Source: a virus (lineage: Duplodnaviria > Caudoviricetes). From it: a stretch of DNA of 64,000 nucleotides. Location of the stretch: the IMG/VR virus record IMGVR_UViG_3300012974_000540, positions 29,343 through 93,342 of that record, one strand, 5' to 3'. The notes under the pieces were generated by a model that was given only the letters and a program-made list of their open reading frames with translations, did no database searches and was not told the DNA's origin. Of the stretch, positions 1 to 7,968 are shown piece after piece; position 1 is the first letter of the stretch, and every line of letters starts with the position of its first letter. Made by a program: the position numbers and the translations under genes.

Positions 1-9
1 TTCGGTGGG

Positions 10-273
10 TTAGGCCGCCTCGACCGGGGGCAGCCGGGCCTTCATGGCGCTGGCCTGGGCATCGGCCAGCAGCCGGAAGGTGCCGAGGTCGTGCAGGCGG
101 TCCTGGCCGTCGATGATGATCCAGTAGGGATAATTGGCCGTGGGGTGTCCGCAATGGCGCACCTCCAGGCCTGGGTCGCGGATCGAGCGCCAGGCCACGG
201 CCCGCCGGCGCTGGCCGTTGGTGTGCCAGGCGCAGGCTTCCCATCCCGCCATCACGAGGCGTTTGGTGGGCAT
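10..273 (-). CDS. hypothetical accessory protein (cassette)
   Basis: 87 aa ORF; GAGGAG SD supplied by the repeat at 280-323. Confidence 0.7.
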   Translation of the reverse strand: MPTKRLVMAGWEACAWHTNGQRRRAVAWRSIRDPGLEVRHCGHPTANYPYWIIIDGQDRLHDLGTFRLLADAQASAMKARLPPVEAA

Positions 274-279
274 GTTTGT

Positions 280-323
280 CTCCTCATGCCGGCGGAGGTG
301 CCGGCGACCCCAGAGGGGTTTCG
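280..323 (-). ncRNA. type II hammerhead-like motif R1 (A3 core)
   Basis: CGAAAC CCC UCU GGG GUC GCCGGC ACCUCC GCCGGC AUGAGGAG. Confidence 0.75.
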
Positions 324-324
324 C

Positions 325-696
325 TCATCGCTCGCCGAAGCGGCACCCCACCTCGGCGCTCAGGGCCTCGGCGTGCAGCCCGGCATAGTCGAGCTGCAGG
401 GGGGTGTAGTTGCTGAAATAATCGCGGTCGGTGTCGCCCGGCCGCAACGTCAGGAAGGCCATCACCGCCGCCACCGTCGCGTCGCTGTCGATCGCGTGGA
501 TCGGCGGGCAGCTAAAGTCCTCGCCCATGAACAGCGGGGCGTCCAGGCCGCTCTGCGTGAGCCGGTAGCCGATGACCCATCGGCCGTTCTGGGACCGGCC
601 CGTGTCAAAGAGCGTCAGCGTGAAGGACGGCCCCATGCCCCGCCTGTAGGGGTGGAACCGAACAAAGCGGATCGGTGTGCCCGAGGGCGTGTCCAT
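325..696 (-). CDS. hypothetical phage protein (FLTLRPGDTD motif)
   Basis: start re-assigned to MDTPSG behind the R2 SD; stop 1 nt from R1. Confidence 0.75.
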   Translation of the reverse strand: MDTPSGTPIRFVRFHPYRRGMGPSFTLTLFDTGRSQNGRWVIGYRLTQSGLDAPLFMGEDFSCPPIHAIDSDATVAAVMAFLTLRPGDTDRDYFSNYTPLQLDYAGLHAEALSAEVGCRFGER

Positions 697-702
697 GTTT
701 GT

Positions 703-743
703 CTCCTCATGCCCAAAGACGGGCGACCCCCGGAGGGGTTTCG
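703..743 (-). ncRNA. type II hammerhead-like motif R2 (A3 core)
   Basis: CGAAAC CCC UCCG GGG GUC GCCC GUCUUU GGGC AUGAGGAG. Confidence 0.75.
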
Positions 744-749
744 GTAGGG

Positions 750-1262
750 CTAGCCTCCGGCCGCGCTGGCCTCGACGGCCTGGCGGTAGATCGCCAGCGC
801 CTCGGCGAAGGGCAGGCAGTTCAGGATCTGGTCGCAGTCCCGCAGCGTGGCGCGCGCCTTCTCCGGGTTCCGGGTCCACTGCTCCAGGGTCGCCTTCGGC
901 AGCGACTTGGTCTCGTAGATCGGGGTCTGCCCCTGCTTCGTGAACAGGATGCGCCGCTTCAGGGCTGTCCGCAGATCGCGCTCCGTCAGCCAGTCGCTCA
1001 GCAGCTCGTCCACCAGGATCTCGCCGGTTTGCGGCATGGTGTGCGTTCGGCCGCCCATGTCGTAGGACAGGGGAGGCAGCGTGGCCGCATAGGCGTTGAG
1101 CCGTTCTTCCAGCTCGCGCGGGTGGATCGAGGTGGGGCCACCATGGCCCCGGTTGCTGGCCTCGCCCGCGCGTTTGCCATCGACATAGATCGATGCCGTG
1201 AAGCAGCGCGTCTCCTCGCTCATGGAGGCGACGTACTGCACGTTCCGCAGCTCGATTTTCAT
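750..1262 (-). CDS. conserved hypothetical phage protein (SEET..F.A..Y.DGK..N.GHGG)
   Basis: MKIELRN start behind R3. Confidence 0.75.
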   Translation of the reverse strand: MKIELRNVQYVASMSEETRCFTASIYVDGKRAGEASNRGHGGPTSIHPRELEERLNAYAATLPPLSYDMGGRTHTMPQTGEILVDELLSDWLTERDLRTALKRRILFTKQGQTPIYETKSLPKATLEQWTRNPEKARATLRDCDQILNCLPFAEALAIYRQAVEASAAGG

Positions 1263-1271
1263 GGGGTGTCT

Positions 1272-1319
1272 CTCATCAAGCCCGCGATGGTGCGGGCGAC
1301 CTGACAGCGTCAGGTTTCG
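1272..1319 (-). ncRNA. type II hammerhead-like motif R3 (U3 core)
   Basis: CGAAAC CUGAC GCU GUCAG GUC GCCCGC ACCAUC GCGGGC UUGAUGAG. Confidence 0.8.
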
Positions 1320-1600
1320 ATGCGTACGTTCCTTTCCGGGGTGATGCGGCTCTGCGCATCCCGCCAGGGGCGGTCGTCCTTCCAGACGCGGCGGTTGTAG
1401 TGCCACTGCGCCAGGGTGAGGCGGGCATAGCCCTCCAGCAGCGGCTGGGTGCGGATGCCGCCATCGGCCGCGGTGAAATGCTCCGTGGCGACCTCCTCGC
1501 CCGCTTTCGTGCAGCGGATCTGGATCCAGCCGTCCTGGTAGTCACCGTGGACGGTGCGGCCCTCGTCGTCCGCCGCCTGGGCGGTGAAGGACGTGCTCAT
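1310..1600 (-). CDS. hypothetical protein
   Basis: MSTSFT start overlaps the upstream stop (ATGA); its own stop lies inside R3. Confidence 0.6.
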   Translation of the reverse strand: MSTSFTAQAADDEGRTVHGDYQDGWIQIRCTKAGEEVATEHFTAADGGIRTQPLLEGYARLTLAQWHYNRRVWKDDRPWRDAQSRITPERNVRIET

Positions 1601-1953
1601 GCCTCGTGCTCCAATTCGTCGTCTTCCGGCAGGCCGGCTGCGAGCTTCTGGACCATCAGCCGCATGTTGTTTGCGAGGATGGTCTGCTCGCGCCGCAGCC
1701 GGTCCAGGGCGCCGATGGCGGCTTGCAGCTCCTCGGACAGGCCGGCGCTGAATCGCTCCAGCCGCCTGATGCGAGAGCTTTGCACCTGCTTGTCCCCGAT
1801 CAGGAGCGCCAGTGCGGCGGCGATCTGCTTCGCCTCCGTCTCCGGGTCGGGGCCGGGCTGATAGATCTCGATCAGCTCGGGCCGTCCGGACTGGATGGCG
1901 AGCGCGACCGCGCCCGGCACCGTGAGGTCCGTTGTGAAGATGGATGAGCGCAT
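1597..1953 (-). CDS. hypothetical coiled-coil protein
   Basis: 118 aa ORF behind the R4 SD. Confidence 0.7.
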   Translation of the reverse strand: MRSSIFTTDLTVPGAVALAIQSGRPELIEIYQPGPDPETEAKQIAAALALLIGDKQVQSSRIRRLERFSAGLSEELQAAIGALDRLRREQTILANNMRLMVQKLAAGLPEDDELEHEA

Positions 1954-1958
1954 GTGGT

Positions 1959-2006
1959 CTCCTCATGCCCGCGATGGTGCGGGCGACCTGACGGTGTCAG
2001 GTTTCG
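1959..2006 (-). ncRNA. type II hammerhead-like motif R4 (A3 core)
   Basis: CGAAAC CUGAC ACC GUCAG GUC GCCCGC ACCAUC GCGGGC AUGAGGAG; nearly identical to R3. Confidence 0.75.
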
Positions 2007-2227
2007 GTCTGTCGCCGCCTCAGCTCATCTCGAAAGATGCTGAGGTGCAGGTGGCAGAGCTGTCGGTTTATCCGCCGGCCCAGGTGAACACCGAGCACCG
2101 GCGCGATGTCCGGCAGGGCCAGGGTCTCCTGCGTGCTCCGGATATGCCAGCGCAGGCGCGCTTTCGGCCAGAGCCGCGCGGATGCGCGCAGCTCCTCCGC
2201 GTGTCGGCAGGCCGCCGCATCGCTCAC
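1997..2227 (-). CDS. hypothetical protein
   Basis: 76 aa, GTGA-coupled to the upstream ORF, stop inside R4. Confidence 0.5.
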   Translation of the reverse strand: MSDAAACRHAEELRASARLWPKARLRWHIRSTQETLALPDIAPVLGVHLGRRINRQLCHLHLSIFRDELRRRQTET

Positions 2228-2610
2228 GCGCTGGCCGCCGCCGGGAAGGGGTCCGTCAGGGGGCTGAAGATCTCCGCGTCGCCCGAGGCGCTGTCGGCCT
2301 CCGGGCGCGTCCAGGCGAAGAACCCCATCGGGTCACCGCCCGGGCGCGAATTGGCGGTCGCCTTGTCGAAGCCCGGCGGCTTCCGCTGGGTGCGGTTCGC
2401 CATCGTGGTGGAGATCATGAAGCTCCGGTGCCGGTTCGCCGCGTGAACGTGCTCCCCGAAGGCCTGCACCTTCTCGGGCAGCTCGGAGATGCGGCGGATG
2501 CCGACGATCTCCTGCGGCGGGCGGCTGCCCAGCGAGAAGCTGGTCTTGAAGCCCACGTCGGTCCGCACCGCGGGGAGGGCGGTGAGCTTGATCAGATAGG
2601 TTGTCGCCAA
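2224..2610 (-). CDS. hypothetical protein
   Basis: TTG start behind the R5 SD. Confidence 0.65.
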   Translation of the reverse strand: MATTYLIKLTALPAVRTDVGFKTSFSLGSRPPQEIVGIRRISELPEKVQAFGEHVHAANRHRSFMISTTMANRTQRKPPGFDKATANSRPGGDPMGFFAWTRPEADSASGDAEIFSPLTDPFPAAASA

Positions 2611-2618
2611 GGGTCTTA

Positions 2619-2668
2619 CTCCTCATGCCCGCGAATGTGCGGGCGACCCCCGAGGAGAGGGGGTTTCG
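2619..2668 (-). ncRNA. type II hammerhead-like motif R5 (A3 core)
   Basis: CGAAAC CCCC..GGGG GUC GCCCGC ACAUUC GCGGGC AUGAGGAG. Confidence 0.75.
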
Positions 2669-3040
2669 TCAGCCCTTGGCGGGCTGGGTCATCAGGGCGA
2701 TGGCCTCCTCGGCCAGCCTGATGACGGTCTCGTTCCAGGCGCGCTGCTCCTCCAGCGTGTAGGGATACCAGCTCGCGGGGCGCAGCCACACGCCATCCAC
2801 CAGACGCAGGTACATGGCGTCGTCGGGAGCGACGTCGTCCGGCATCAGCGGGGCGTCGTCGTCCGCCTTGTCCTGCTCCGGCGGGTCGTCCTGGTTGTCG
2901 TAGTAACCCGGCGGCGGCGTCTCGGGGCTGAGCAGTTCCGGCCCGCCTGGCACGCTGCCGTCCAGGTCGTCGATCCAGCGGCCCGTGGCGCGGCTGCCCC
3001 GGATGATCTCCTGCAGCCTGGCGACGATCGCTTCGTCCAT
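2669..3040 (-). CDS. acidic hypothetical protein
   Basis: 123 aa; stop directly abuts R5; SD from R6. Confidence 0.7.
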   Translation of the reverse strand: MDEAIVARLQEIIRGSRATGRWIDDLDGSVPGGPELLSPETPPPGYYDNQDDPPEQDKADDDAPLMPDDVAPDDAMYLRLVDGVWLRPASWYPYTLEEQRAWNETVIRLAEEAIALMTQPAKG

Positions 3041-3046
3041 GTTTGT

Positions 3047-3094
3047 CTCCTCATGCCCGCAGGTGCGCGGGCGACCGCCACGGGGGCGGTTTCG
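3047..3094 (-). ncRNA. type II hammerhead-like motif R6 (A3 core)
   Basis: CGAAAC CGCC CCCGU GGCG GUC GCCCGC GCACCU GCGGGC AUGAGGAG. Confidence 0.75.
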
Positions 3095-3098
3095 ATGC

Positions 3099-3989
3099 TC
3101 AGGGCCGCACGATGGTCATCGGCGGTGAGTGGCCGCCGCCGTGGATGGCGGTGGCACGCACCGGGATCTGGCGGCCATCTTGCAGCGTTCGGGTGTGTGC
3201 GCGGCGCCAGTGCGGCGCAACGGTGGCGCCTGTCGGTGCTCCACGCTGCCTGGATCTCTCCGCCCCAAGCTGGCTGAGCGAGAGGACGCGGATGCTGGAG
3301 AGAGGCCGTAAGCGCCCCCTCTCCCGACCCCGGTTCATCTCCCTCCAGGCCTGCGTTTCCGGGGCGTCCCGCACCTCGACCTCGCCATCTCCCCGGCCGC
3401 TGTCCGCCAGGGCGGTTGCGAGGGCGATGCAGTACAGGACCTGCTCCTTGTAGGCTCTCAGGTCCTGCTCCCGTTCCTCGGGTGTCTGCGGGTCGTCCTT
3501 CTCTGGCAGGCCAGGCATTTCCAGACGGACGACGGCGAGCGCCTGCATGGCGAATGAGTAGCGCCAGCCGGAGGTGATGAGATACCACGGCGACGTCCGT
3601 CCGGTGACGGGATCGACGTCGCGCCATGCCTCGAAGCACGTCCAGCTTCCATCGGTCTCGTCAGCTTGGAGGAACAGGAGAACCTGCTCCACGATGTCCG
3701 GGAACTCAGGATCGGTGGTGCCGGTATTCAGCATGAAGACGCATTCGGGGTGCGGCAGCGGCGGGGCCTGATCCAGCGTGATCTGCCCACCCTGCATGGC
3801 GTGGACGCGCTCCACCACCACCGGGTCCGCGAAAGCGAAGACCGGCACGGTCAACCAATCCTGCGGAAGCCGGATCTCCCGATACTCGCCGTGGGTGCCG
3901 AACGACACGCGGAGACGACCCTTGCGGGCCGCCTCCACGAATGCCGAAAATGCGTCCGGGAATGCCGGAACCTTGTCGGCGGCGGGCAT
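3099..3989 (-). CDS. hypothetical phage protein with C-terminal PHWRRAH motif
   Basis: MPAADK start coupled (TGATG) to the upstream stop; VAPHWRRAHTR is a motif seen in phage proteins. Confidence 0.65.
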   Translation of the reverse strand: MPAADKVPAFPDAFSAFVEAARKGRLRVSFGTHGEYREIRLPQDWLTVPVFAFADPVVVERVHAMQGGQITLDQAPPLPHPECVFMLNTGTTDPEFPDIVEQVLLFLQADETDGSWTCFEAWRDVDPVTGRTSPWYLITSGWRYSFAMQALAVVRLEMPGLPEKDDPQTPEEREQDLRAYKEQVLYCIALATALADSGRGDGEVEVRDAPETQAWREMNRGRERGRLRPLSSIRVLSLSQLGAERSRQRGAPTGATVAPHWRRAHTRTLQDGRQIPVRATAIHGGGHSPPMTIVRP

Positions 3990-4342
3990 CACGCGACATC
4001 CTCGGCCGTGTCGAGGCCGGCGTCGTCGTAGAGCTCTTTCGCCAGGCGGCCGTGCCCGAAGAACGCCATCACCTCCTCGATGGTGGTGCAGACGGCGCCT
4101 TCGTGGCGGGTGCGCTCGCCCTGCCACTGCGAGAAGCCGACGCGCTCGCAGACATACTTTCCGCCCTCGGTTTCGTAGAGCGCCAATGCCTGCCTGCGGC
4201 CGGTGCTGCCCGAGAAGTCCGGGCTGGCGGTGTCCCAGGAATTGCTGGCGGCACCGAGGAGCCATCCCTTGAACCGGATGGGCCGCTCCTTGTCCCGCTC
4301 CAAGACGTGGGCCCTGGCTGGGGGCTTGGTGTCGTCGGTCAT
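3989..4342 (-). CDS. hypothetical phage protein (LYET.GGKYV motif)
   Basis: MTDDTK start with GAGGA SD after a multi-hairpin leader. Confidence 0.7.
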   Translation of the reverse strand: MTDDTKPPARAHVLERDKERPIRFKGWLLGAASNSWDTASPDFSGSTGRRQALALYETEGGKYVCERVGFSQWQGERTRHEGAVCTTIEEVMAFFGHGRLAKELYDDAGLDTAEDVA

Positions 4343-4440
4343 GATGTTTCCTCGCCCGAAGACGCAGTCGGGCCTCTGCTGCCGCACAGCGGCACAAGAA
4401 GGGTGCCCCGGCGTCGTGGCCGGGCACAACCCTTTCGGTT

Positions 4441-4485
4441 CTCGTCAAGCCGGCGTGATTGCCGGCGACCCCCGTGGGGGTTTCG
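4441..4485 (-). ncRNA. type II hammerhead-like motif R7 (U3 core)
   Basis: CGAAAC CCC CACG GGG GUC GCCGGC AAUCAC GCCGGC UUGACGAG. Confidence 0.8.
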
Positions 4486-4486
4486 C

Positions 4487-4966
4487 TCAAGCGTGCTGCT
4501 CGTCCAGATCGTCCGTCCCGATCACATCGGAGACGAAGACATCCTTCAGCTCCGGTTCGGGCCAATAGGAGCCGTGGTTGGAGGCCATGTCGTCCATGGC
4601 CTGGCCGATCTCGCCGTTGAGATTGGCCTCGACGATGGCGATCGCTTCCTCGGCGCTGCTGGCCTCGACTTCGACGGCGCCATCACCGGTGCTTTCCGGA
4701 TAAAGGAACTCCATGCAGATCTGATAGAATTGCGAGCCGGAGCCGCCGTTCAGCTCCCGCAGGGCATCCTCGTAATCGAGCAGGACCAGGGGATGCTGGC
4801 GCGGCAGGGCCAGCGCGGGCTCGCTGTCGTGGGTCAGATAGGCGTGGCGGCCGGTCAGGGCAGCCGCGGCCGCCTTGCGGACGGCGCGGGGGCCGTAATC
4901 GGCCGCGATCTCCTCGAAGCTGCGCAGGCGGCGGGTGCCGGGGCGCAGAACAAAGATGTCGGACAT
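4487..4966 (-). CDS. hypothetical protein, paralog of 5350-5835
   Basis: shares RKAA.AALTGRH and A.SAEEA motifs. Confidence 0.75.
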   Translation of the reverse strand: MSDIFVLRPGTRRLRSFEEIAADYGPRAVRKAAAAALTGRHAYLTHDSEPALALPRQHPLVLLDYEDALRELNGGSGSQFYQICMEFLYPESTGDGAVEVEASSAEEAIAIVEANLNGEIGQAMDDMASNHGSYWPEPELKDVFVSDVIGTDDLDEQHA

Positions 4967-4974
4967 CGCGCGTT

Positions 4975-5019
4975 CTCGTCATGCTGGCGGGATTGCCAGC
5001 GACCGCCGGGGCGGTTTCG
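4975..5019 (-). ncRNA. type II hammerhead-like motif R8 (A3 core)
   Basis: CGAAAC CGCC..GGCG GUC GCUGGC AAUCCC GCCAGC AUGACGAG (compensatory change in stem I). Confidence 0.75.
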
Positions 5020-5020
5020 G

Positions 5021-5290
5021 TCAGCGCGTTTTTTTGCAGAGCCGTGGGGCCTGCCGGGGCGGGATGCCGTCCACCACCTCGACCTCCGCCTCCGTGCTGA
5101 TCCACAACCGCGCGCCGCAGGAGAGCGGCTTGTCGGGTGAATAGACGATGCGGCAGGGGCCATGGATGACCAGCTCGCTGGCGTAGCGGCGGTGGCGTCC
5201 CTCTCGGATGATGACCGGCGGCTCCCGCTGCTCCGGCGCGACATGCATGTTGCGCCGGATGCGGTGCTGATAGACGTGAATGAGCTTCAC
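5021..5290 (-). CDS. conserved small phage protein (YSPDKPLSCGARLWI)
   Basis: 89 aa between R8 and R9. Confidence 0.7.
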   Translation of the reverse strand: MKLIHVYQHRIRRNMHVAPEQREPPVIIREGRHRRYASELVIHGPCRIVYSPDKPLSCGARLWISTEAEVEVVDGIPPRQAPRLCKKTR

Positions 5291-5298
5291 GGAGGGGC

Positions 5299-5345
5299 CT
5301 CTTCAAGCCGGCGGATGTGCCGGCGACCGCCCTGCGGCGGTTTCG
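5299..5345 (-). ncRNA. type II hammerhead-like motif R9 (U3 core)
   Basis: CGAAAC CGCC GCAG GGCG GUC GCCGGC ACAUCC GCCGGC UUGAAGAG. Confidence 0.8.
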
Positions 5346-5349
5346 CTGT

Positions 5350-5835
5350 TTAGATCGGGTTGATGTCCCCGATGGCGTATCTGACCGGATAGGGGTTCGG
5401 GTAGTCGTGCATTTCGTGCGCGGACTCCAGAGCCTCCGAGACGTAGCCGTTGTGGTCGTTGTTGGCTTCCTGCAGCGCCTCCTCGGCGCTGTTGGCGCGG
5501 ATCGGCACGCGACCTTCGACTTCCGTGGCCGGGAACTCGAAGGTGACATAGACCATGTAGCGGCGCTTCTCGCCGTCCTGCCTCGTCAGCTCCTCCACGA
5601 CGTCGCTGTGGGCGACGTAGCGCAGGATGTGGTTGCGCGGCAGGATGACGGTCTGCGGCGCGTTGGCCTGGCGCTCCCGGTCGTCCACCAGCAGGTGGCG
5701 CCCGGTCAGCGCGGCCATCGCCGCCTTGCGGGCGACCGCATCGCCAAAGCTGACGCGGATCCACTCAAAGCTCTGCGCGGTGCGCAGCCCGTTGCGGAGG
5801 ACGATCACGTCGCCCTCGGTTTCAAAGACGGACAT
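5350..5835 (-). CDS. hypothetical protein, paralog of 4487-4966
   Basis: MSVFETEG start behind R10. Confidence 0.75.
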   Translation of the reverse strand: MSVFETEGDVIVLRNGLRTAQSFEWIRVSFGDAVARKAAMAALTGRHLLVDDRERQANAPQTVILPRNHILRYVAHSDVVEELTRQDGEKRRYMVYVTFEFPATEVEGRVPIRANSAEEALQEANNDHNGYVSEALESAHEMHDYPNPYPVRYAIGDINPI

Positions 5836-5845
5836 GGTGTGCATG

Positions 5846-5891
5846 CTCTTCATGCCGGCGGGATTGCCGGCGACCCCTCTACGGGGTTTCG
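5846..5891 (-). ncRNA. type II hammerhead-like motif R10 (A3 core)
   Basis: GCGAAAC CCC GUAGA GGG GUC GCCGGC AAUCCC GCCGGC AUGAAGAGC. Confidence 0.75.
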
Positions 5892-6268
5892 CGATGCGAC
5901 AGCGAGAGCGCCAGATTGATGTGGGTGATCTGCTGGTGCAGTTCCAGGATCCAGGGCGCGTCGAGGGGTTCCAATGTCTCGGCATTGCCCTGGACGGTCG
6001 CCTGCCGGAAGGCGCTGTCGCGCTCATCCTCCAGCAGGTTCCGCACATCCATCAGCGCCGCGCGGGTGGCCGCCACGAAGTGGCCCGGCGGACCCAGCAC
6101 CCGGTGCAGCAGCGCGGCGAAGGTCTTCGAGAGGTGCAGCGTCCCGCCCCTGGCGGAGTGGTAGGCGGCCTCGGCCCGGCCTGGGCCATCCGCCAGCCGG
6201 TAGCCCGGCGGGCAGCCGGCCTGCCAGAAGCGCTGGCGGTCCATCATTATCTGCATGTCTGCATGCAT
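5879..6268 (-). CDS. hypothetical protein
   Basis: 129 aa between R10 and R11. Confidence 0.6.
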   Translation of the reverse strand: MHADMQIMMDRQRFWQAGCPPGYRLADGPGRAEAAYHSARGGTLHLSKTFAALLHRVLGPPGHFVAATRAALMDVRNLLEDERDSAFRQATVQGNAETLEPLDAPWILELHQQITHINLALSLSHRETP

Positions 6269-6280
6269 GCATGCGGTCTC

Positions 6281-6322
6281 CTCGTCATGCCAGTGAAGCT
6301 GGCGACCCCTCGCGGGGTTTCG
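6281..6322 (-). ncRNA. type II hammerhead-like motif R11 (A3 core)
   Basis: CGAAAC CCC GCGA GGG GUC GCCAG CUUCA CUGGC AUGACGAG. Confidence 0.75.
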
Positions 6323-6341
6323 GTTTCGCGGGCCTTTGGGG

Positions 6342-6806
6342 TCACGCGGTGGCGGGTGTCGTCGCCAGCAGCATGGCCTTCAGGTCGTCCCAGCGGGAGC
6401 AGGTGTAGCCGGGCAGGCGATGCTGGATGTCCTCCTCGGCCGACGCTATCGCGTTGCGCAGGCAGCGGAGGCGTTGTTCGGACGGCTCCCGGAGGTAGCT
6501 GGCCCAGTCGTCGTGCAGGCACTGCATCAGGAGCAGGATGGTGCTATCGGCGCCGAGGAAGCGCGGCGCCAGGTAGCCGCGGACCTGCAGCCCGCCCTTG
6601 CCCTCCATGTAGGGCTGGTAGAGGCTCGGGGAGATCAGCGCGCCCAGGGCGCACATGAGTCCGTCCGGCCCGCGATAGAGGCAGTCGCCGCTTTCGTTGA
6701 CGCTCGGGCGCCCCTGATCGAGCAGGTGCGCCACGATGGCGTCGATGGCGGCGGTGGTGGCCTCGCGCTGGGTCTGGCCACCGGGGTCGATGTTGGTTTC
6801 GGACAT
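6342..6806 (-). CDS. conserved phage protein (HLL.QG.PS..C.YR..G..CA.G.LI..Q..HD)
   Basis: MSETNID start with AAGGA SD. Confidence 0.7.
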   Translation of the reverse strand: MSETNIDPGGQTQREATTAAIDAIVAHLLDQGRPSVNESGDCLYRGPDGLMCALGALISPSLYQPYMEGKGGLQVRGYLAPRFLGADSTILLLMQCLHDDWASYLREPSEQRLRCLRNAIASAEEDIQHRLPGYTCSRWDDLKAMLLATTPATA

Positions 6807-6846
6807 GGATATGTCGTCCTTTTCATCCGGCGAAGGTGCCGGAACC

Positions 6847-6882
6847 AAAAGAGGCCGCCCAACGGTGATTGGGCGGCCTCTT
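6847..6882 (-). terminator. rho-independent terminator-like hairpin next to a degenerate repeat (R12, about 6818-6846)
   Basis: AAGAGGCCGCCCAA/TTGGGCGGCCTCTTTT followed by GGUU CCGGC ACCUUC GCCGG AUGAAAAGGA. Confidence 0.6.
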
Positions 6883-6884
6883 GG

Positions 6885-7325
6885 TCATGCGTAGCTGGGG
6901 TTCAGTGACGGCAGATCGACCCGCGCCCGCAGCGTCCGGAAACGCATCCCGTCGCCGGGGGCGGCGATCACCAGCGGCTCGGTGAGCCACTGGATCTGGT
7001 CTTCGGTGACGCGGTTCAGCGCGTCACGCGGCCGGAGTTGGTAGCCGTCCAGCGACAGCGCGATCAGGTAGCGCGTGCCGTCGGGCCGGTATTGTTCCCC
7101 ATCGACGCTGACCACCAGGACGCTGCAATCGCTGTCCTGGTAGAGGCCCAGCGCCTCAACCTGGAGGTCGTGGCGCGGGAAGTGGTCGGGAACGGTGCCA
7201 TACGTGTGGGTGAGCTGCAGACCGAAGATGTCGGATGCGACCGGCGGAAAGTTTTGAAACAGCCGGTCGCGAACGGCATCGGGGATCGGCGCCGTCACGC
7301 GCATGACAGGGTGCCTCTTGCTCAT
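6885..7325 (-). CDS. hypothetical phage protein (T..YG..V.V.VDG..RPDG..Y.I.LS)
   Basis: MSKRHP start behind R13; first gene of the left array. Confidence 0.7.
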   Translation of the reverse strand: MSKRHPVMRVTAPIPDAVRDRLFQNFPPVASDIFGLQLTHTYGTVPDHFPRHDLQVEALGLYQDSDCSVLVVSVDGEQYRPDGTRYLIALSLDGYQLRPRDALNRVTEDQIQWLTEPLVIAAPGDGMRFRTLRARVDLPSLNPSYA

Positions 7326-7334
7326 GTGTGTATG

Positions 7335-7379
7335 CTCTTCAGGCCGGCTGGAGTGCCGGCTACCCCATGCGGGGTTTCG
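7335..7379 (-). ncRNA. type II hammerhead ribozyme R13, fully canonical core
   Basis: CGAAAC CCC GCAU GGG GUA GCCGGC ACUCCA GCCGGC CUGAAGAG: CUGANGA, GAAA and GUA triplet. Confidence 0.85.
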
Positions 7380-7414
7380 TGTCGCGCCATGGATGGCGAG
7401 CATGCGACGTGGCG

Positions 7415-7520
7415 TAGCTGATATGGTGTTAAATTCTTAAAATTCAATGCGTTGTTGGCATGGCTTCCGCCCAGGCCCCATCCCGCACCTTCACATCGAT
7501 GTTGCATCCGATGTGATTTC
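7415..7520. promoter_or_regulatory. AT-rich divergent promoter region with TCACATC-N12-GATGTGA operator (7491-7516)
   Basis: AT-rich island between divergent transcription units; motif recurs at 12071, 13062 and 22956. Confidence 0.55.
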
Positions 7521-7968
7521 CTCGCTACAGGTTCGCGGAGGAATTGAGGACTTCTCCCCTTTGCCCAGCCGCCGCAGCGCTCCCGCAGGCGATGTGCCCG
7601 CCACATCCGCGCCAAAGCCGTCGCGCCGCGGCCCGCCCCCCGGCATGCCCGAGGCGATGCTGGCGGTCTGGAACCGCTATGCGAGCGCGCAGGGGCTGGT
7701 GGCGGCCCGCGCCCTGACGCCCAAGCGCCGCACCGCGCTGCTGGCCCGCCTGCGCGACACCTTCGGCGGCGACCTGGCTGGCTGGGAGGGCTATTGCGAG
7801 CGGCTGGCGCGGAGCGGCTTCTGCTGCGGCGAGAACGACCGGGGCTGGCGGGCCGACCTCGACTTCGCCATCCGCCCGGACAGCGCCGTGCGCGCCCTGG
7901 AGGGCCGCTACGACAACCGCCAGACGCGCCAGCCAGTGCCGAAGCTGATGCAGCGCTGGGCCGTCTGA
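7447..7968 (+). CDS. phage replication protein O-like C-terminal domain (start uncertain, possibly 7644)
   Basis: S.F..GENDRGWRADLDFAI..LEGRYDN motif; coupled to the primase-helicase. Confidence 0.6.
   Translation: MRCWHGFRPGPIPHLHIDVASDVISSLQVRGGIEDFSPLPSRRSAPAGDVPATSAPKPSRRGPPPGMPEAMLAVWNRYASAQGLVAARALTPKRRTALLARLRDTFGGDLAGWEGYCERLARSGFCCGENDRGWRADLDFAIRPDSAVRALEGRYDNRQTRQPVPKLMQRWAV

Noticed and set aside
280-7379. CRISPR array or integron attC array
   Set aside because: Spacers are whole genes of 270-1300 bp; repeats conserve structure rather than sequence; no cas or intI gene and no RYYYAAC/GTTRRRY boxes
7427-7441. CtrA box
   Set aside because: TTAA half-sites are 4 bp apart here and 15 bp apart at 35672-35698, not the TTAA-N7-TTAA consensus
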